Assembly: GCF_006345805.1 (NCBI RefSeq)
Contig: NC_043005.1
Coordinates: 79,112,001 to 79,176,000 of the forward strand
Length of the DNA: 64,000 nucleotides
Origin: Octopus sinensis
Taxonomy: Eukaryota
Direction: 5' to 3'
The notes beneath the pieces are model-generated. The model saw nothing but the letters and a program-made list of their open reading frames with translations, had not been told where the DNA came from and made no database searches. Shown here one piece after another: positions 12,914 to 25,547 of this stretch. How positions within the stretch are numbered: position 1 is the first letter of the stretch; the number at the start of each line of letters is the position of its first letter. The translations under genes and the position numbers were made by a program.

Positions 12914-14206
12914 TTGGGTCATCCCATAAGTAATCTACTTTTAAGATTAAGATAAACAACGTTCTCTTTTAATCTCAAAAAAATACTTTCTTTCATTTTC
13001 TGCAATGCTCTTCCATCTGTCTGGCAGACCTGCAAAGCCCCTCTTCTAAAATTCACTTGTCCGTGACGAAAAATCCACCTCCAGTACTGTTCTGACCTCG
13101 TCTACAGAATTCATATATTTTTTCCGTCCAAATGATTTTGAAGACTGCGAAATAAATTATAATCAGGTGGGGCAGTATCCGGCGAATATGATGGATGGGG
13201 CATCGTTTCCCATTCAAAATGCTCCAGCCATTGGAATGTCAACCTCGCTGTGTGTGGCCGAGCATGATTCTGATGGAAGAACCCTTTTTGTCTTGGAACC
13301 AAAGAGCCGCTTTTCTTCTAGCGTTGACTTAAGCCGCTCAAGCTGCTCGCAGTAGGTCTTCTTTTTTATCGTTTGGTTTGGGTTTAAAAGTTCAAAATGA
13401 CTAAACCTTTCATTTCCCACCAAACAAATAGCAACACCTTAAGTAGATGAAGACCTACTTTAGCCTGGGGTGCCGGTCCTTCTCCTTATCTTACCCACTG
13501 TCTTCGGCGCTGGATATTTTTATAGAGAACCCATTTCTCGTCACCAGTCACTATTTAGTTCAAATAAATAAGTAAATAAACAAATGAATACATAAATAAA
13601 TATATAAATAAATAAAATAGTTCATTGGTGAGACGCAACAGCAAACAAGAGCATACATTCACTCTCTGTGCGCGAGTAGAATTGGAAAGTTTGTGAGGTT
13701 TCCATTGATCGAATTTGCTGATTTTCCGATGGAATGGAACGCATGTGTCAATGAATGGTTGAATAACCAAATCTAAGCTTCTCTGTTAATCCCTAATAAC
13801 TACAACTAAATCTTCTTCCACCAGGGTTTGCAGTCTTCGTCGATCTCTACAGATCTTCCAGGCTGTAGCTTCCGTCTGTCTTCTAGGCTGTAGCTTCCGG
13901 CTCGGAATTTCAAGAACCATCTTTGATACAGGCTTACGCATAATGTCCGAGCCCTACATACTTAATATACCTCGCACTTTCCGTTGCGTTGTTGCTTTTA
14001 TTGAACTCACAGCAAAATATTCCTAATATTCTCCTTTGTCCCTTTCAATATAACTTTGAAATAAATAACTGTTAAAATCAAACTTCACTCTTCAAAACTT
14101 GCACTACCTGCTTTTAGAGGAAGTTGATGCAAGTAGTTTATCCCATCACCCTCCGAATTTTAGTTTATGTAATTAGAAAACCCGCATTATTTAGGGAATG
14201 ATCCAA
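12914..14206 (-). mobile_element. Full-length decayed mariner (D,D34D-type), 1293 bp, TA-flanked
   Basis: TIRs TTGGGTCATCCCATAAGTAAT and (rc) TTGGATCATTCCCTAAATAAT, with TA on both sides. Motifs include IVTGDEKW, HQNHARPH and HPSYSPDTAPPDYNLFRSLQNHL. Confidence 0.9.
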
Positions 14207-14254
14207 TATATATTCAATATTTTAGGTGTTTTAATAATTTGATTATGGCTAGGT

Positions 14255-14540
14255 TGGGGCCTCGTCTTGAAGGTTTTTGTCGAATGGAGAGGAGTTTTTT
14301 TAAAGACTGTTTTTTTTTCTATGGGTTCTTTTGCTGAAGTTCTAGGTTACGGAGACATAAGAGTACCACCACCGGTTCTCAAGCGGTGGTGGTGAAACAC
14401 AGACAGACACACACACGCACACACACATATATAAACGATTGGCGTTTTTAGTTTCCAACTACCAAGGTGGAGCGCAGAGGTCTGATCCCGGAACCATATA
14501 GTTGGAAAGCAAGATGCTTACCACACGCCCAAGCCCGCAC
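14255..14540 (-). mobile_element. Family-A tRNA-related SINE, internally deleted
   Basis: Reverse complement of the head GGGCGTGTGGTAAGCATCTTGCTTTCCAACTATATGGTTCCGGGATCAG and of family-A 3' parts. Confidence 0.75.
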
Positions 14541-14566
14541 CTCTATATAAACACACACACACACAT

Positions 14567-14636
<70 letters not shown>

Positions 14637-15087
14637 CAAAGGGAAATTGTAAGGTACCGCACTAGTGGAAATATATATGAAAGAAGGTTTGAAAATGCAA
14701 TTTTAAAGAAGTTTATTCACTTGACCGGATTCACTTTTTTAGAAAAAGTTAATCAAAAGTAAAATGTAAAGCTTTGTATAAGCTTTGTGGTGTTAAGTTC
14801 TGGTTGTCACAAAAGTATTAAAATACAGATATACACACTTTGATAATAATAAGAAAATGTTAAACACAGTTTACAAGAAAGTATTTAAGAAAATATCCGA
14901 CAAATAGTATTAGCAGTTCAATAAAAATCATGTTTGTTTGGTAGTATGTATATACACAAAAGGAGATATATTTAAGAGTTTACAAAGAATTTTAGAGGAA
15001 CCAGCCTGTCTTCACTAGCATTTTTTATTTTGTATGTAGTTAAGGATTGTTTGCTATTTTAAGGGACAGTGTGGGAGGTTGGTTGTA

Positions 15088-15520
15088 CAAGAGTGGCTGA
15101 GTGGGAAGTAGCTTACTTACCAACCACAAGGCTTCTGGTTCAGCCCCACTGCATGGCACCTTGGACAAGTGTCTTCTACTATAGACTCGAGCCGACCAAA
15201 GCCTTGGGAGTGGATTTGGTAGATGGAAACTGAAAGAAACCCGCCGTATAAACATAAACACGCACACGCCGACACACACATAAATATATACATGAAACTT
15301 TTGGTATATGTTTATGTGTCTGTGTTTGTCCACCGAACATCTCTTGACTACCGATGATCATATGTTTACGTCCCCATAACTTTGCTGTTCGGTAAAAAAA
15401 ACTATAAGTACTAGGCTTATAATGAATACAAATCTGGGGTCGATTTGCCCGACTAAAGTCGGTACTCCAGCATGGCCGCATTCAAATGACTAAAACAAAA
15501 CAAAAAGAATAAAAGAATAT
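15088..15520 (+). mobile_element. Family-A tRNA-related SINE, full length with a central (CA/TG) microsatellite
   Basis: A-box-like TGGCTGAGTGG and B-box-like GGTTCAGCCC. The 3' end is CTCCAGCATGGCCGCATTCAAATGACTAAAAC followed by an A-rich tail. Confidence 0.88.
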
Positions 15521-15597
15521 AAAAAATATATATATCACATATATAAATATATATGTATGTATCTGCCAATCTGTGTGTGCGTGTGTGTGTGTGTGTG

Positions 15598-15627
<30 letters not shown>

Positions 15628-15628
<1 letters not shown>

Positions 15629-15692
15629 GGCGTGTGGCCCAGCGGTCGCGGTGTTGCACTCACGATTAGAGGATTGTGGTTTCGATTTCCAA
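15628..15692 (+). mobile_element. Truncated tRNA-like head of a SINE (family C-like)
   Basis: GGCGTGTGGCCCAGCGGTCGCGGTG...GGTTTCGATTTCC resembles the head at 60474. Confidence 0.55.
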
Positions 15693-16107
15693 TCTTTTAG
15701 AATATGAGAACATTATGTAAGCAAGCGCCATGATGGTTGTGAGGACAGCTTAGAAAACGTTTTATATGTCCTTTCGATTCTTACGGATTATATTTGAGAT
15801 TATTATTTCTATTACAGATTATTATTCATTGAAAATACATGGTAAAGTTAGATCCAGGGAGAATTAAATCTGAGAGTAAGTTTTAAGTGAATCGTTTTTA
15901 ATATTTTAATATCTTGTAAAGATTAAAATAACAGAATCTTATTCACATTCATGCTGGAGCAGAACCCCTAAGAAATTTTAGCGGAATATTGAATGTTACA
16001 AAACTGTTTATCTGGATACGGCCATACCAAATGAAATTGAATATTTTATGGTAGGTTTCGATAATGACGGTGATAATTATGTATGAGGATCTAAACTTTA
16101 TCATGGC

Positions 16108-16245
16108 CCTAATTTTCTGCAGAATAGAGGTCTGGAACCCAGACAACTGAAGAACGCTATCAAGGAAAAGGCATGGTAGCTGATACTAGCTCAAGATGGC
16201 TATGGTTGATAAGAAACAGTAAGTGGAACCCTTCCGTAGGTGAAG
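16108..16245 (+). mobile_element. Possible R2/Hero-like (REL-endonuclease) LINE 3' end
   Basis: With one frameshift it reads RGLEPRQLKNAIK..VADTSSRWLWLIRNSKWNPSVGED*. This resembles, from memory, the Hero-type terminal motif (E.AE.AS.WLW.RR..W). Confidence 0.4.
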
Positions 16246-16777
16246 ATTAGCTCAGTCTTCGCTGTGCCACTCAGGTGAAGAGGACAGACTAAGGGAGGAG
16301 ACGTTTGTGACACTGGTCACAAACCTGCTGACGATACTGAACAGTTTCCTCCTTTGCAATAGATTTAAAGGGCATGGAAAACCTCTGAGCAACTTCTGTG
16401 ACTGCTGTCAGAGGCAAATAATCTCTGATGTTTATTTCACTTAGATTTTGTAGTTATTCAAAGTGGAAAATAAGTGTGAATTGTTCCTTCAAGAAAATTT
16501 ATTTTGTTTTGTTCTATACCCGTTTGGCAGACATTCATGCAACCCTTTCCCGCTGCTTAAGAATTACCAGTTATTCTTATTTATGCCGCACGCCATGGAA
16601 TGCAGAGTAATCCGCGCAGTTTACTACCCACAGCTTTGATACATGCGTTCATGTGATTGATATTGTCGACAAAATGCCTTGGGCTATTTTTTTCCATAAG
16701 ATTAATTGCAGCCGTTGTCCACTTTGTTATTTCGATCATTGAACAACACGATGAAAAAATAAATTACGTAAACAGGC

Positions 16778-17140
16778 ACAGGCGTGGCTGTATGGTAAGG
16801 AGTTTGCTTCCCAAACATATGGTTTTAGGTTCAGTCCCACTACATGGTACCTTGAGTAAATGTCTTCTATTATAGCTTCGTACTGACCAAAGCCCTGCGA
16901 GTGGGTGTGTTAGAGGGGAAAGTGTGTGTATGTATATATGTGTGAGTGTGTGTGTGACCCCACTCCTATCACCGCTAGACAACCGGCGTTGATTTATTTT
17001 CGTCTCAGTAACTTAGCGGGGAACAAGTGCTAGGCTTTAAAAATTAAATTCTGGGGTCAATTTGTTTGACTAAAATCCCATCAAGGCGGTGTTACAGCAT
17101 GGCCGCAGTCAAATGACTGAAACAAATAAGAGAATAAAGG
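16778..17140 (+). mobile_element. Family-A SINE, full length
   Basis: Head GGCGTGGCTGTATGGTAAG...GGTTCAGTCCCAC; 3' end GGCGGTGTTACAGCATGGCCGCAGTCAAATGACTGAAAC plus tail. Confidence 0.9.
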
Positions 17141-17182
17141 AACAAACAATAAATATATCATATGTATATATGTGCAGATTTT

Positions 17183-17556
17183 GCTGTGTGGTAAGAAGCT
17201 TGCTTCCCAGCAACATGGTTCCAGGTTCAGACCCACTGCGTGGCACCTTGGGCAGGTGTCTCCTACTATAGCCTCGGGCCGATCAAAACATTGTGAGTAG
17301 ATGTAGTAGACGGAGCCTGAAAGAAGCCCGTCGTATACATATATATATAGAGAGAGAGTTAATCCAAACATGAACAAAGAGAGAACACAACCACGCGAGG
17401 ACGTGGAACACGTATAGGGTTATTGGACGCTCAGGGAAGGACAGAAAGAAGGAGGATTTAGCGTTTCGAGCGGATCTCTTGGTCAGGAAAATTGAAAATG
17501 GAAAGGGTCAAGCAAGGGAAGACGGAGAAAGGAAATCGCCAACGATACACACGAGG

Positions 17557-17595
<39 letters not shown>

Positions 17596-17800
17596 AACAC
17601 ACACATATATATATAAATGTATGTATGTATTTGTGTGTCCCTCCACCAATGCTTGACGACCGATGTTGGTTTGTTTACATCCACGTAACTTAGCGGTTCG
17701 GCAAAACAGACCGATAGAATAAGGACTCGGCTTACAAAGAATAAATCCTTGGGGCGATTTGTTGGACTAAAAGTGGTACTCCAGCGGGCCTGAAACAAAA
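17183..17800 (+). mobile_element. Family-A SINE with a Penelope-like segment (about 17345-17560, minus strand) in its central microsatellite
   Basis: Head at 17183-17335 and 3' half at 17600-17800. The insert carries (rc) CTGACCAAGAGATCCGCTCGAAACG at 17462-17486. Confidence 0.8.
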
Positions 17801-17959
17801 TACGTATTTAAGTAGATATATAGAAGACGCTCAGACACGCTAACACACGTATATGAGTACGTGCCTATATACTGCAGAAACGCTTATAAGAAAGACTTCT
17901 CTAATTCGATAGCGTATATATTCCATTTTGCCCCAGGATGGGAGACGGTCTTACCCTGG

Positions 17960-18060
17960 ATTAATCATTTTTAACAGCTGAGCTGACATGGAGCAACTTG
18001 AAATAAAATGTCTTGCATAAGAACACGAATCATAGCCTGGTTAAAATTGAACTCAAAATA
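17960..18060 (-). mobile_element. Old tRNA-related SINE fragment (fourth family)
   Basis: The reverse complement reads GTGTTCTTATGCAAGACATTTTATTTCAAGTTGCTCCATGTCAGCTCAGCTG, close to the common GTGTCCTTGAGCAAGACACTT post-tRNA motif of animal SINEs. Confidence 0.5.
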
Positions 18061-19627
18061 AAATTGTTGCCAGGTTTATTTATTATATGCGCTGTCAGGT
18101 GCACACTCACACATATGTGAAGAATATCTGTGTGGGTGTATGTGTGTGTTTGTATATGTGTGCGTGGGTATATACATTTTTATTTATACAAACCTTTTCA
18201 CACGTGTGTGCGTTAAGTTGATATATACGCATGAGCATACGTAAGTATGAACGAGTATATAATACATATACAAGCATATATTACATATATATACATATAT
18301 AAACACACGCACACACATTTATATATACTTATACATTCCAAATAGACCCATATATGGAAACAGACACATAGAAAGGAACCATCTCTCACTCACACATACA
18401 TATATTAGTACATGTTTTACTGACTCTTTGTCCGTATATGCGTGTATCTAAGCGTGCAAACGCACCCACGTGTATGAGGCGTGTGTGCACATGTGTGGGT
18501 ATGCGTGTGCCTCTGCGTGTGTGTGTATTACATGTTTATGCATACATGTGTGTCCGTATGTATTCCAAGAGTATGTATGTGTGTGAACCTGCATGAATAT
18601 GTATGCAAGAAATGAAAGATAGAAAAGTGATTTAAATTTACTGCAGGCATGATAAATAAATAAATATGCCTATATATATATATATACATATATATACATA
18701 TATATGTATGTATGTAGAAAACGCTGCTGGCATTCTTATTTCTTACTCACATGAGAGATAAATAGCATGGATATTTGAACTCATCATAGGCAATATATAG
18801 CCTAAGGTATTGTGAAGCCATCTAACGCAACAAACTAAAGGAATATTCTCGAATTTATTTGTGCCCTATTGAAGAAATAATCGAGACAAGCTGAAAGAAC
18901 GGAAATCCATTCTACACTTCATGTTTACATCCTGCGTTGTTATGAAACCTTTGTCCTTGTTTTGTAATTCGTTTTGAAGAGATTTCCATTTTGTAATAAA
19001 GATAAATACAAATATATGAATGAATAAATCCAGGAAAACAAATAATATATATAATCCAAAGCTGATATACGATTTAAATCCTTCTAAATTCTTAACAGTC
19101 TTGATATTCATGTGAAAAACACGGGTGTGTATTATCATTCATTATTATTGTTTTGTTGCTTTGTGATTTAGTTGTTGTTATATTCATATTCCTTACAAGA
19201 ATTTTATATGTTATTTCAGTTTTTGTTGTTGTTATTTTGTATTATGTGTGATTATATTTTTATTAAGCTGTCATAATGAATAATATTTTGCATCAAGATT
19301 TAAGTCAGCGAAACAATACGATGTGATATTTCTTACGCGTGTTTAATTATGAAAATACTGTTTATTGTATAAGGCGAATATCTCATGATCCAGTGGGTTG
19401 TTATGGTCATTGGGTTTTATTAAATGAATTGTTGCCGTGTCCTAGAAATTTTCTCCAAATGGCACCAGTAGCAAGAGTTGGGTTTAACATTGCCGATTTA
19501 ACGAAGCACAGAATCATCGAAACACTCCTTATTGTAAATCACTTCCACTGTTAAACGGAGCGAGCTATCTGTGTATAATAGCGCCTGTTCGGATAACCCT
19601 TTTGTTATTCACAGTGCGTAAAACTTT

Positions 19628-19835
19628 AGCTGGCAACGTCGTTAGCGCCGTCCAACAAAATACTTAGCTGTGTGTCTTCCGGCTCTTTATGTTCTTGCAT
19701 TCAAATGCAGCTGAGGTCAGCTTTGCCTTTCATTCATTCGAGGTCGATGAAATAAAGTACCATTTAGGGGCCAAGCATTCTACTAACACTCCTGTTCTAA
19801 AATTGCCGACCTTATCCCAAAATATGAAGCGAAAT
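19628..19835 (+). mobile_element. Diverged family-B SINE
   Basis: GCTGGCAACGTCGTTAGC...GAGGTCAGCTTTGCCTTTCATTCATTCGAGGTCGAT. Confidence 0.75.
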
Positions 19836-20059
19836 TGAAACATAATTCACAGTGTATGTTTATAGACAGTGAACGGTGAGGAAATAGAAATTTCTTGGTT
19901 GGTTCTCAAAACAATCAGAAAATTATTCTCCTTAAATACAGAGGATCCACTGTACATTACTGGTATTGATGTTGTTCAGCATCGCGAAAACCTTCATCCT
20001 TCATATATGTTATAGAAGACGTTCCTACCATAATCACCCAGTATGTATTTCAGGGTGTG

Positions 20060-20100
20060 TTTTGGTTCATTCGATGTCGGCACTTCCTATCATTGCGAAG
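20060..20100 (+). pseudogene. Isolated fragment of 28S (LSU) rRNA
   Basis: TTCGATGTCGGCACTTCCTATCATTGCGAAG compared with the conserved eukaryotic TTCGATGTCGGCTCTTCCTATCATTG(T/C)GAAG gives 29-30/31. There is partial similarity for about 10 nt upstream and no rRNA similarity beyond. Confidence 0.75.
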
Positions 20101-20936
20101 ATATTATTTTCTTGTTGCGGAAGATAAGATTTAATTACATTCTTCTGTAAAAGCATTACAGGTGTCGTTATAAATTCCTCGCTTCGCTTAGAATATAATT
20201 TAATGTTTACATGCCAACGGAATATCCTTCCGTCTTCGAGTCAAAGCTTGTATTCACTTTAACATGCTTCAATTTTTCAATTTTTCAAGTTTTGTTTTTC
20301 CTTAGGGAAAACATATGACGAGATCGATAAGAATAAACTAAACAACTGGATATGGAAAACATTATGCCTCTCCATAACGGCAGAGTGTTGTGCAAAGTAC
20401 CTTGAAACTTTTGGTTCAAATCCTGCTCACCAGAGTCGTCTTGATTTATCTTTGGACTAACAGTAGAAACCATTACTAATGTGTTTTATAGTTCGGCAAC
20501 AGGACGAATAACAGGGGCACGACATGCGCAACGCTATCCTGAGAGGGTAGCGATTGATACTGAATTTAAATGCCTTTACATTACGAAAATCGCGGATGGC
20601 AAATTACATTGCATACAGTTGTAATTCTTTAAATGATGAATCTAATAAATAGCAAAAAATATTGAAAAAAGCAAACATCATCTTCTGGATAGTGATGCAA
20701 GTGAATGCAAGAAGACTTCTAATAATATTACTTTTTAAACACCCATCGCATAATCAGGTTTAAGGTGTTTTCCTGGAAACCTAATGTTCAATGTGTATTT
20801 TGTCGAATGGTACGTAAGTAGTAACGCTGTGACAACAATTTTAAAGGTGCTAAGCTTAGTACAGTATTGAGTATTTATTGTCTAAAGCTGTTAGTTTATT
20901 GTGTATGGTGACCGTGTATTTAAGCTGTTAAAAATA

Positions 20937-21502
20937 TTGGGTTGTCCGGAAAGTTCGTGCCGATTTATAGTAGTTTACCTTTCGACTTATTTTAGAACAT
21001 GGTTCAGTCCATAAAATAGGATTTGACTACACCTCTATTGAGAGCACTGTTTAAGCTATCTTTTCGTGGAAGAAGGTTTATGTTTCTATAACCTGTGTTA
21101 ATTCTGTAACCCTTTAAAATGGAAAATAAAAAAGTTCATTTTCGGCACTTGATGCTTTGGGAACCAGACAAAAGTTCCTGCAGCTCGGTTGGGATGTATT
21201 ACTCCACCCTCCATATTCACCAGATATTGATCCTTCGGATTTCCACTTATTCAGGTCTCTGCAGAATAGTCTTAATGGTAAAATTTTCAATTCCTTGGAT
21301 GACGTAAAAAGATACCTTGATGAATTCTTTGCCATGAAACCACCCCAATTCTGGGAAGAGGATATTTTCAAGTTAAAAGAAAGATAGAGACACATTGTGC
21401 AACAAAATGGTTCATATTTGGCTGATTAAATATGTAATCGCAAGTATTTATTGACCTTTTTCTTTCCTTTAAAAATCGGCACGAACTTCCCGGACAACCC
21501 AA
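20937..21502 (+). mobile_element. Internally deleted mariner (566 bp), TA-flanked
   Basis: TIRs TTGGGTTGTCCGGAAAGTTCGTGCCGATTT with one mismatch. The N-terminus MENKKVHFRHLMLWE is joined to the C-terminus LLHPPYSPDIDPSDFHLFRSLQNSLNGK. Confidence 0.92.
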
Positions 21503-21684
21503 TACTATATAATATCCTTATAGAAAAATATTGTATCGAAGTTTGTATTGCTGGAGGCAGAGTAATACTTGGTATGAGTTCTTTCATCTAAATGTATTTG
21601 TGTTTGTATGAGTTAACGATCATCTGCAAAGAGATGTATTTTGCGAATGATGACACAGCATGGATCAAAAGTGTCTTTTATCAC

Positions 21685-21875
21685 TTTCTTGTTTCCGTTA
21701 GTGAAATGTGGCCATGCTGGAGCACGACCTTGAAGGGTTTAGTCAAGCGAATCAACCCCTGTGCCTAGGTTTATTTTACAGTCTGATACTTATTCTGTCA
21801 GACTCTCTTTGCTGATCTGATACATTACGAGACGGAAACAAACCAGCTTCGGTAGACAAGTGAAAAAAAATACAC
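21685..21875 (-). mobile_element. Family-A SINE 3' half
   Basis: Reverse complement reads GGTCGTGCTCCAGCATGGCCAC, the family-A tail motif. Confidence 0.75.
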
Positions 21876-21888
21876 AAGACACAAACAC

Positions 21889-21934
<46 letters not shown>

Positions 21935-21938
<4 letters not shown>

Positions 21939-22160
21939 AAATAAGTCAAAATAGAAAATGCTAAAATGATTTTATAAAGAAGATTTCAGTACCGGTTTCA
22001 GTCATTTTGAGACCTTTTCAACTGTAACGATTAAATAATTAAATTTAGAAAAATGAAAAGAAATGATTTTTTAAAGGAATATTTGTATAGTGTTCAAATA
22101 TAAGTGGCATTTTCCTTGTTTCTGCCTTGCTTTGTCTCTCTTGTTCACACTTGAATATAT
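21935..22160 (-). mobile_element. Penelope-like terminal repeat with a hammerhead-like remnant
   Basis: Reverse complement reads ACAG-TTGAAAA-GGTC-TCAAAAT-GACT-GAAACCGGTA-CTG (21987-22025). Confidence 0.55.
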
Positions 22161-22424
22161 ATTTATATTAGGACTCTGATATTATATATGAAAGTGCTTA
22201 GGGCTCTGATATTATATATGAAAGGGCTAAAAAGGTTTTCAAACTCCTATTTCTTTACGGTCCACACACACATACACACACATTCCGCTAAAACCTCGGG
22301 TCGAATAAAGAGTTGTGGGTTTCGTAGAGGGAAACTGAAAGAAGTATGATGATTATTCCTAACAAGTTGAACAACAGGAGTCACGAGCTTTGATTTGATT
22401 CGATTTCGGGAAGAAAGACGATTC

Positions 22425-23305
22425 CCGAAAGGGTGGAGGGCAAAGTCGACCTCGGCTGAATTTGAACGCAGAACATAAATCTTGAAAAAGTGCCGTTAAA
22501 CAATTTGTCGATAATGCTAATAATTTCCCCAGCTCACCACCTTAAGAAAGACAACCTCAGTGAGTTTGAATACGGCTAGGCATGGTGTTCGAACTCCAGA
22601 CACTCCATCAATTGGCCGTGATTGTCTAAAATATAGACACAAAATAAAAATCTGAAAATTAGTAGAAAATTTCTACATGATATGAATGTATTTCAGGAAA
22701 AATGTTAATTTTGCTATGACGAAGCGCAGTCTTGTCGCAATATCAGATGTTCGAATTTGAGCATCTAAAATTATTTTGGCTAAATTTACTGCTAATTCAG
22801 CTAGCAGATATAATGCGTTCTCCTACATTCCAATCACGTTGCAAGCATACATGCAGTCATTCATTAATTTGGTATAATTGTGTCGTAGATCTCTCATTAT
22901 GAAATTGTAGTTGGTAAATTTTATGAAATTGCTTTAGGACAAGATAGAAGACAGAGATAGAAAAATATACATTTACACGTACATACACATACTTTTAGCA
23001 ATACACAAACACACACACATAGTAGACATATATACAAACAAACGCACAAGCGCGCACACACACACCGCACAGACATATATATGGTATTATTTAAAACGTA
23101 TTCAAATTCTGGCACAAGGCCAGAAATTTCTGGGGTGGGTTAAGTCGATTACATCGAACCCAGTACTCAAAGAGTACTTATTTTATTAACCCAAAAAGGA
23201 TGAATGGCAAATCTCGATCCCGGCAACATTTGAGCTCAGATCGTAAAGTTGGAAGAAATACCGCTAATCATTTGTTTCCGGCGCAGCAACGTTTCTGCCA
23301 GCTTG
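22425..23305 (-). mobile_element. Two family-B SINE fragments (about 22425-22545 and 23100-23305)
   Basis: GGCAAAGTCGACCTCGGC and GTCGATTACATCGAACCCAGTACT motifs. Confidence 0.75.
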
Positions 23306-24379
23306 CTATCGTAATGTATTATTTATGTTATATCATTATATATTATATATATCATAATATATTATGTATATTATAAATAATATACCAAAATATTAGTATA
23401 TAATATAATATATATTATACCATATGTAGTTAATATATACTAATATATAATTTTGGCATATTATATATTACTTAGAATAACCATTGAATATGTTTTTGTA
23501 TCTATAAAACTATGTATCTATTTGCTCAAGTTTCAGTAAAGACTACACAAGGCATGCAAAAAGAAAGCCAAAAAAAATAACTGAGAAAAAAAAAGCTTAG
23601 AATCCTTATATATGTGTTAGTATTCCTCGGTGCGTTGAAGATTATCTCGGAGTGACATCAACTCTATTATATGAACAGCGAATTGAGTGACAGTAATTTG
23701 AAACAGTAACATTTTCGCCAGAAAGGAATGCATTGCATTATAAACTTCAAAAGATTTTTCAAATCCCAAACATTCTTAAATTCGAAATAAATTTGTTTGC
23801 ACAGAATTATCTTCACTTAGAATTTCTACAAACATGCTCTTTGATTTAAGCGTCAAAAAGCTAAAATAACATTTTGCTTTTAAGTTTTGGCATCCAGTCA
23901 TAATATTATTATTATCATTATTATTATTATTATTATATTATTATTATTATTATTATCATTGCCTTTTCTTGCTTTCTTCCTTTCTCCTCCTCCTTAAAAT
24001 GGCAGATCATTTAAATATGCTGACATGATGAAGCAAATAAATAAACAAATAAGCGAACAATGTAAATAAAAATAAAATAAATTACAAGAATAAAAGCTCA
24101 TGAATTAGCCATATAAAGAAAATAATTAAATTTCGCAAACAATATAAAGAATATTTGTTTACTTTTTAACGTAAATTAAAATGAAAATACATATATGTAT
24201 AAATTTTCATAAAAATAATGATAACAACGATGACAACAACAACAACAACAACAGCAACAACATATTTCAATGACAAATGATGGAGTTCAATGAATAAAGA
24301 GTTTACTTTTAGCAATTGAATGGAAAAAGAAATGCAAATTTAATAAAAATACCCACAAACCAAACCAAATGAAAGTTAT

Positions 24380-24720
24380 AATAACAATGATAATATTAAT
24401 AATAATAAAAATAATGAAATGCCAAGAAGAAAACTACGATGATGGTGTTGATGATGATTATGATGACGAAGAAGAAGTAGAAGAAGAAGAAGAAGAAGAA
24501 GAAGAAGAAGAAGAAGAAGAAGGAGAGGACGAAGAAGGCTAATGAGAAACAACAACGTTAAAAAAATACCACAACAGTAATAACAAGACAACAACAAATA
24601 CAGAGATAACAGCAGCAACAATAATAATAACAATAATAATAATAACAATAATAATAATAATAACAATAATAATAATAACAATAATAATAATAATAACAAC
24701 AGCAACAACAACAAGAGCAA
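24380..24720. repeat. Compound (AAT)/(GAT)/(GAA)/(CAA) trinucleotide repeats
   Basis: Direct reading; source of the poly-Leu and poly-Ile ORFs. Confidence 0.95.
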
Positions 24721-25454
24721 CGTGAAAATAAATTCTAAAACCAAGCAAATTTGAATACACGACTGCGTCGCCGCAATACAACTGGCATAGAACTGGATGG
24801 CATAATGTTATCTTATTACAATTTCTGTATTGTCTCTTTTATTTTTAATTTTTTTTTCATATATATATTTTTTTTCTTTCTCTAACATCAACTAATCAAC
24901 ATTTTCGCGTTTCTGTAGTGGACATAATTCTTGGGGACACGGTGAGAATTCTAATGTGGGCTGAAGAACAAAAAGAAATAAAAGAATCAATACTAAATTT
25001 ATTGCTATTTTTTTCTGTTTATATATATATATATTTATTTATTTTATGTTCTTGTACATTTATTTGCATGAGAGCCTAATACTTGCTGAAAAACCCCCAC
25101 CGGTCGCGTTATTTTATGAGTTAGTTGGGGCCGTAAATATTTCCTTTTCACTTCGAAAAGCTGTGCTTTATTCTATTTTAAGTGAAAAAAAAAAAAAAAT
25201 AATAAATAATATAGCCAATATCTACAGGAAGTAAAAACCTGGAAAAATTATGAAAAATTTTAAAAAATAAGTGAGAAAAGGGAGAAATATATGTGGAGTT
25301 AAATAAAAAATAATAATAAAAAATCACGTTTTTCATTCTCTCTGCCTTTAGTCCCTCAATATATCTGTCTATATATTTAACCATCTATCTGTTTTTCTCT
25401 ATATATATCTATCTATTTACTTACCTATCTATCTATCTATCTATCTATCTATCA

Positions 25455-25547
<93 letters not shown>

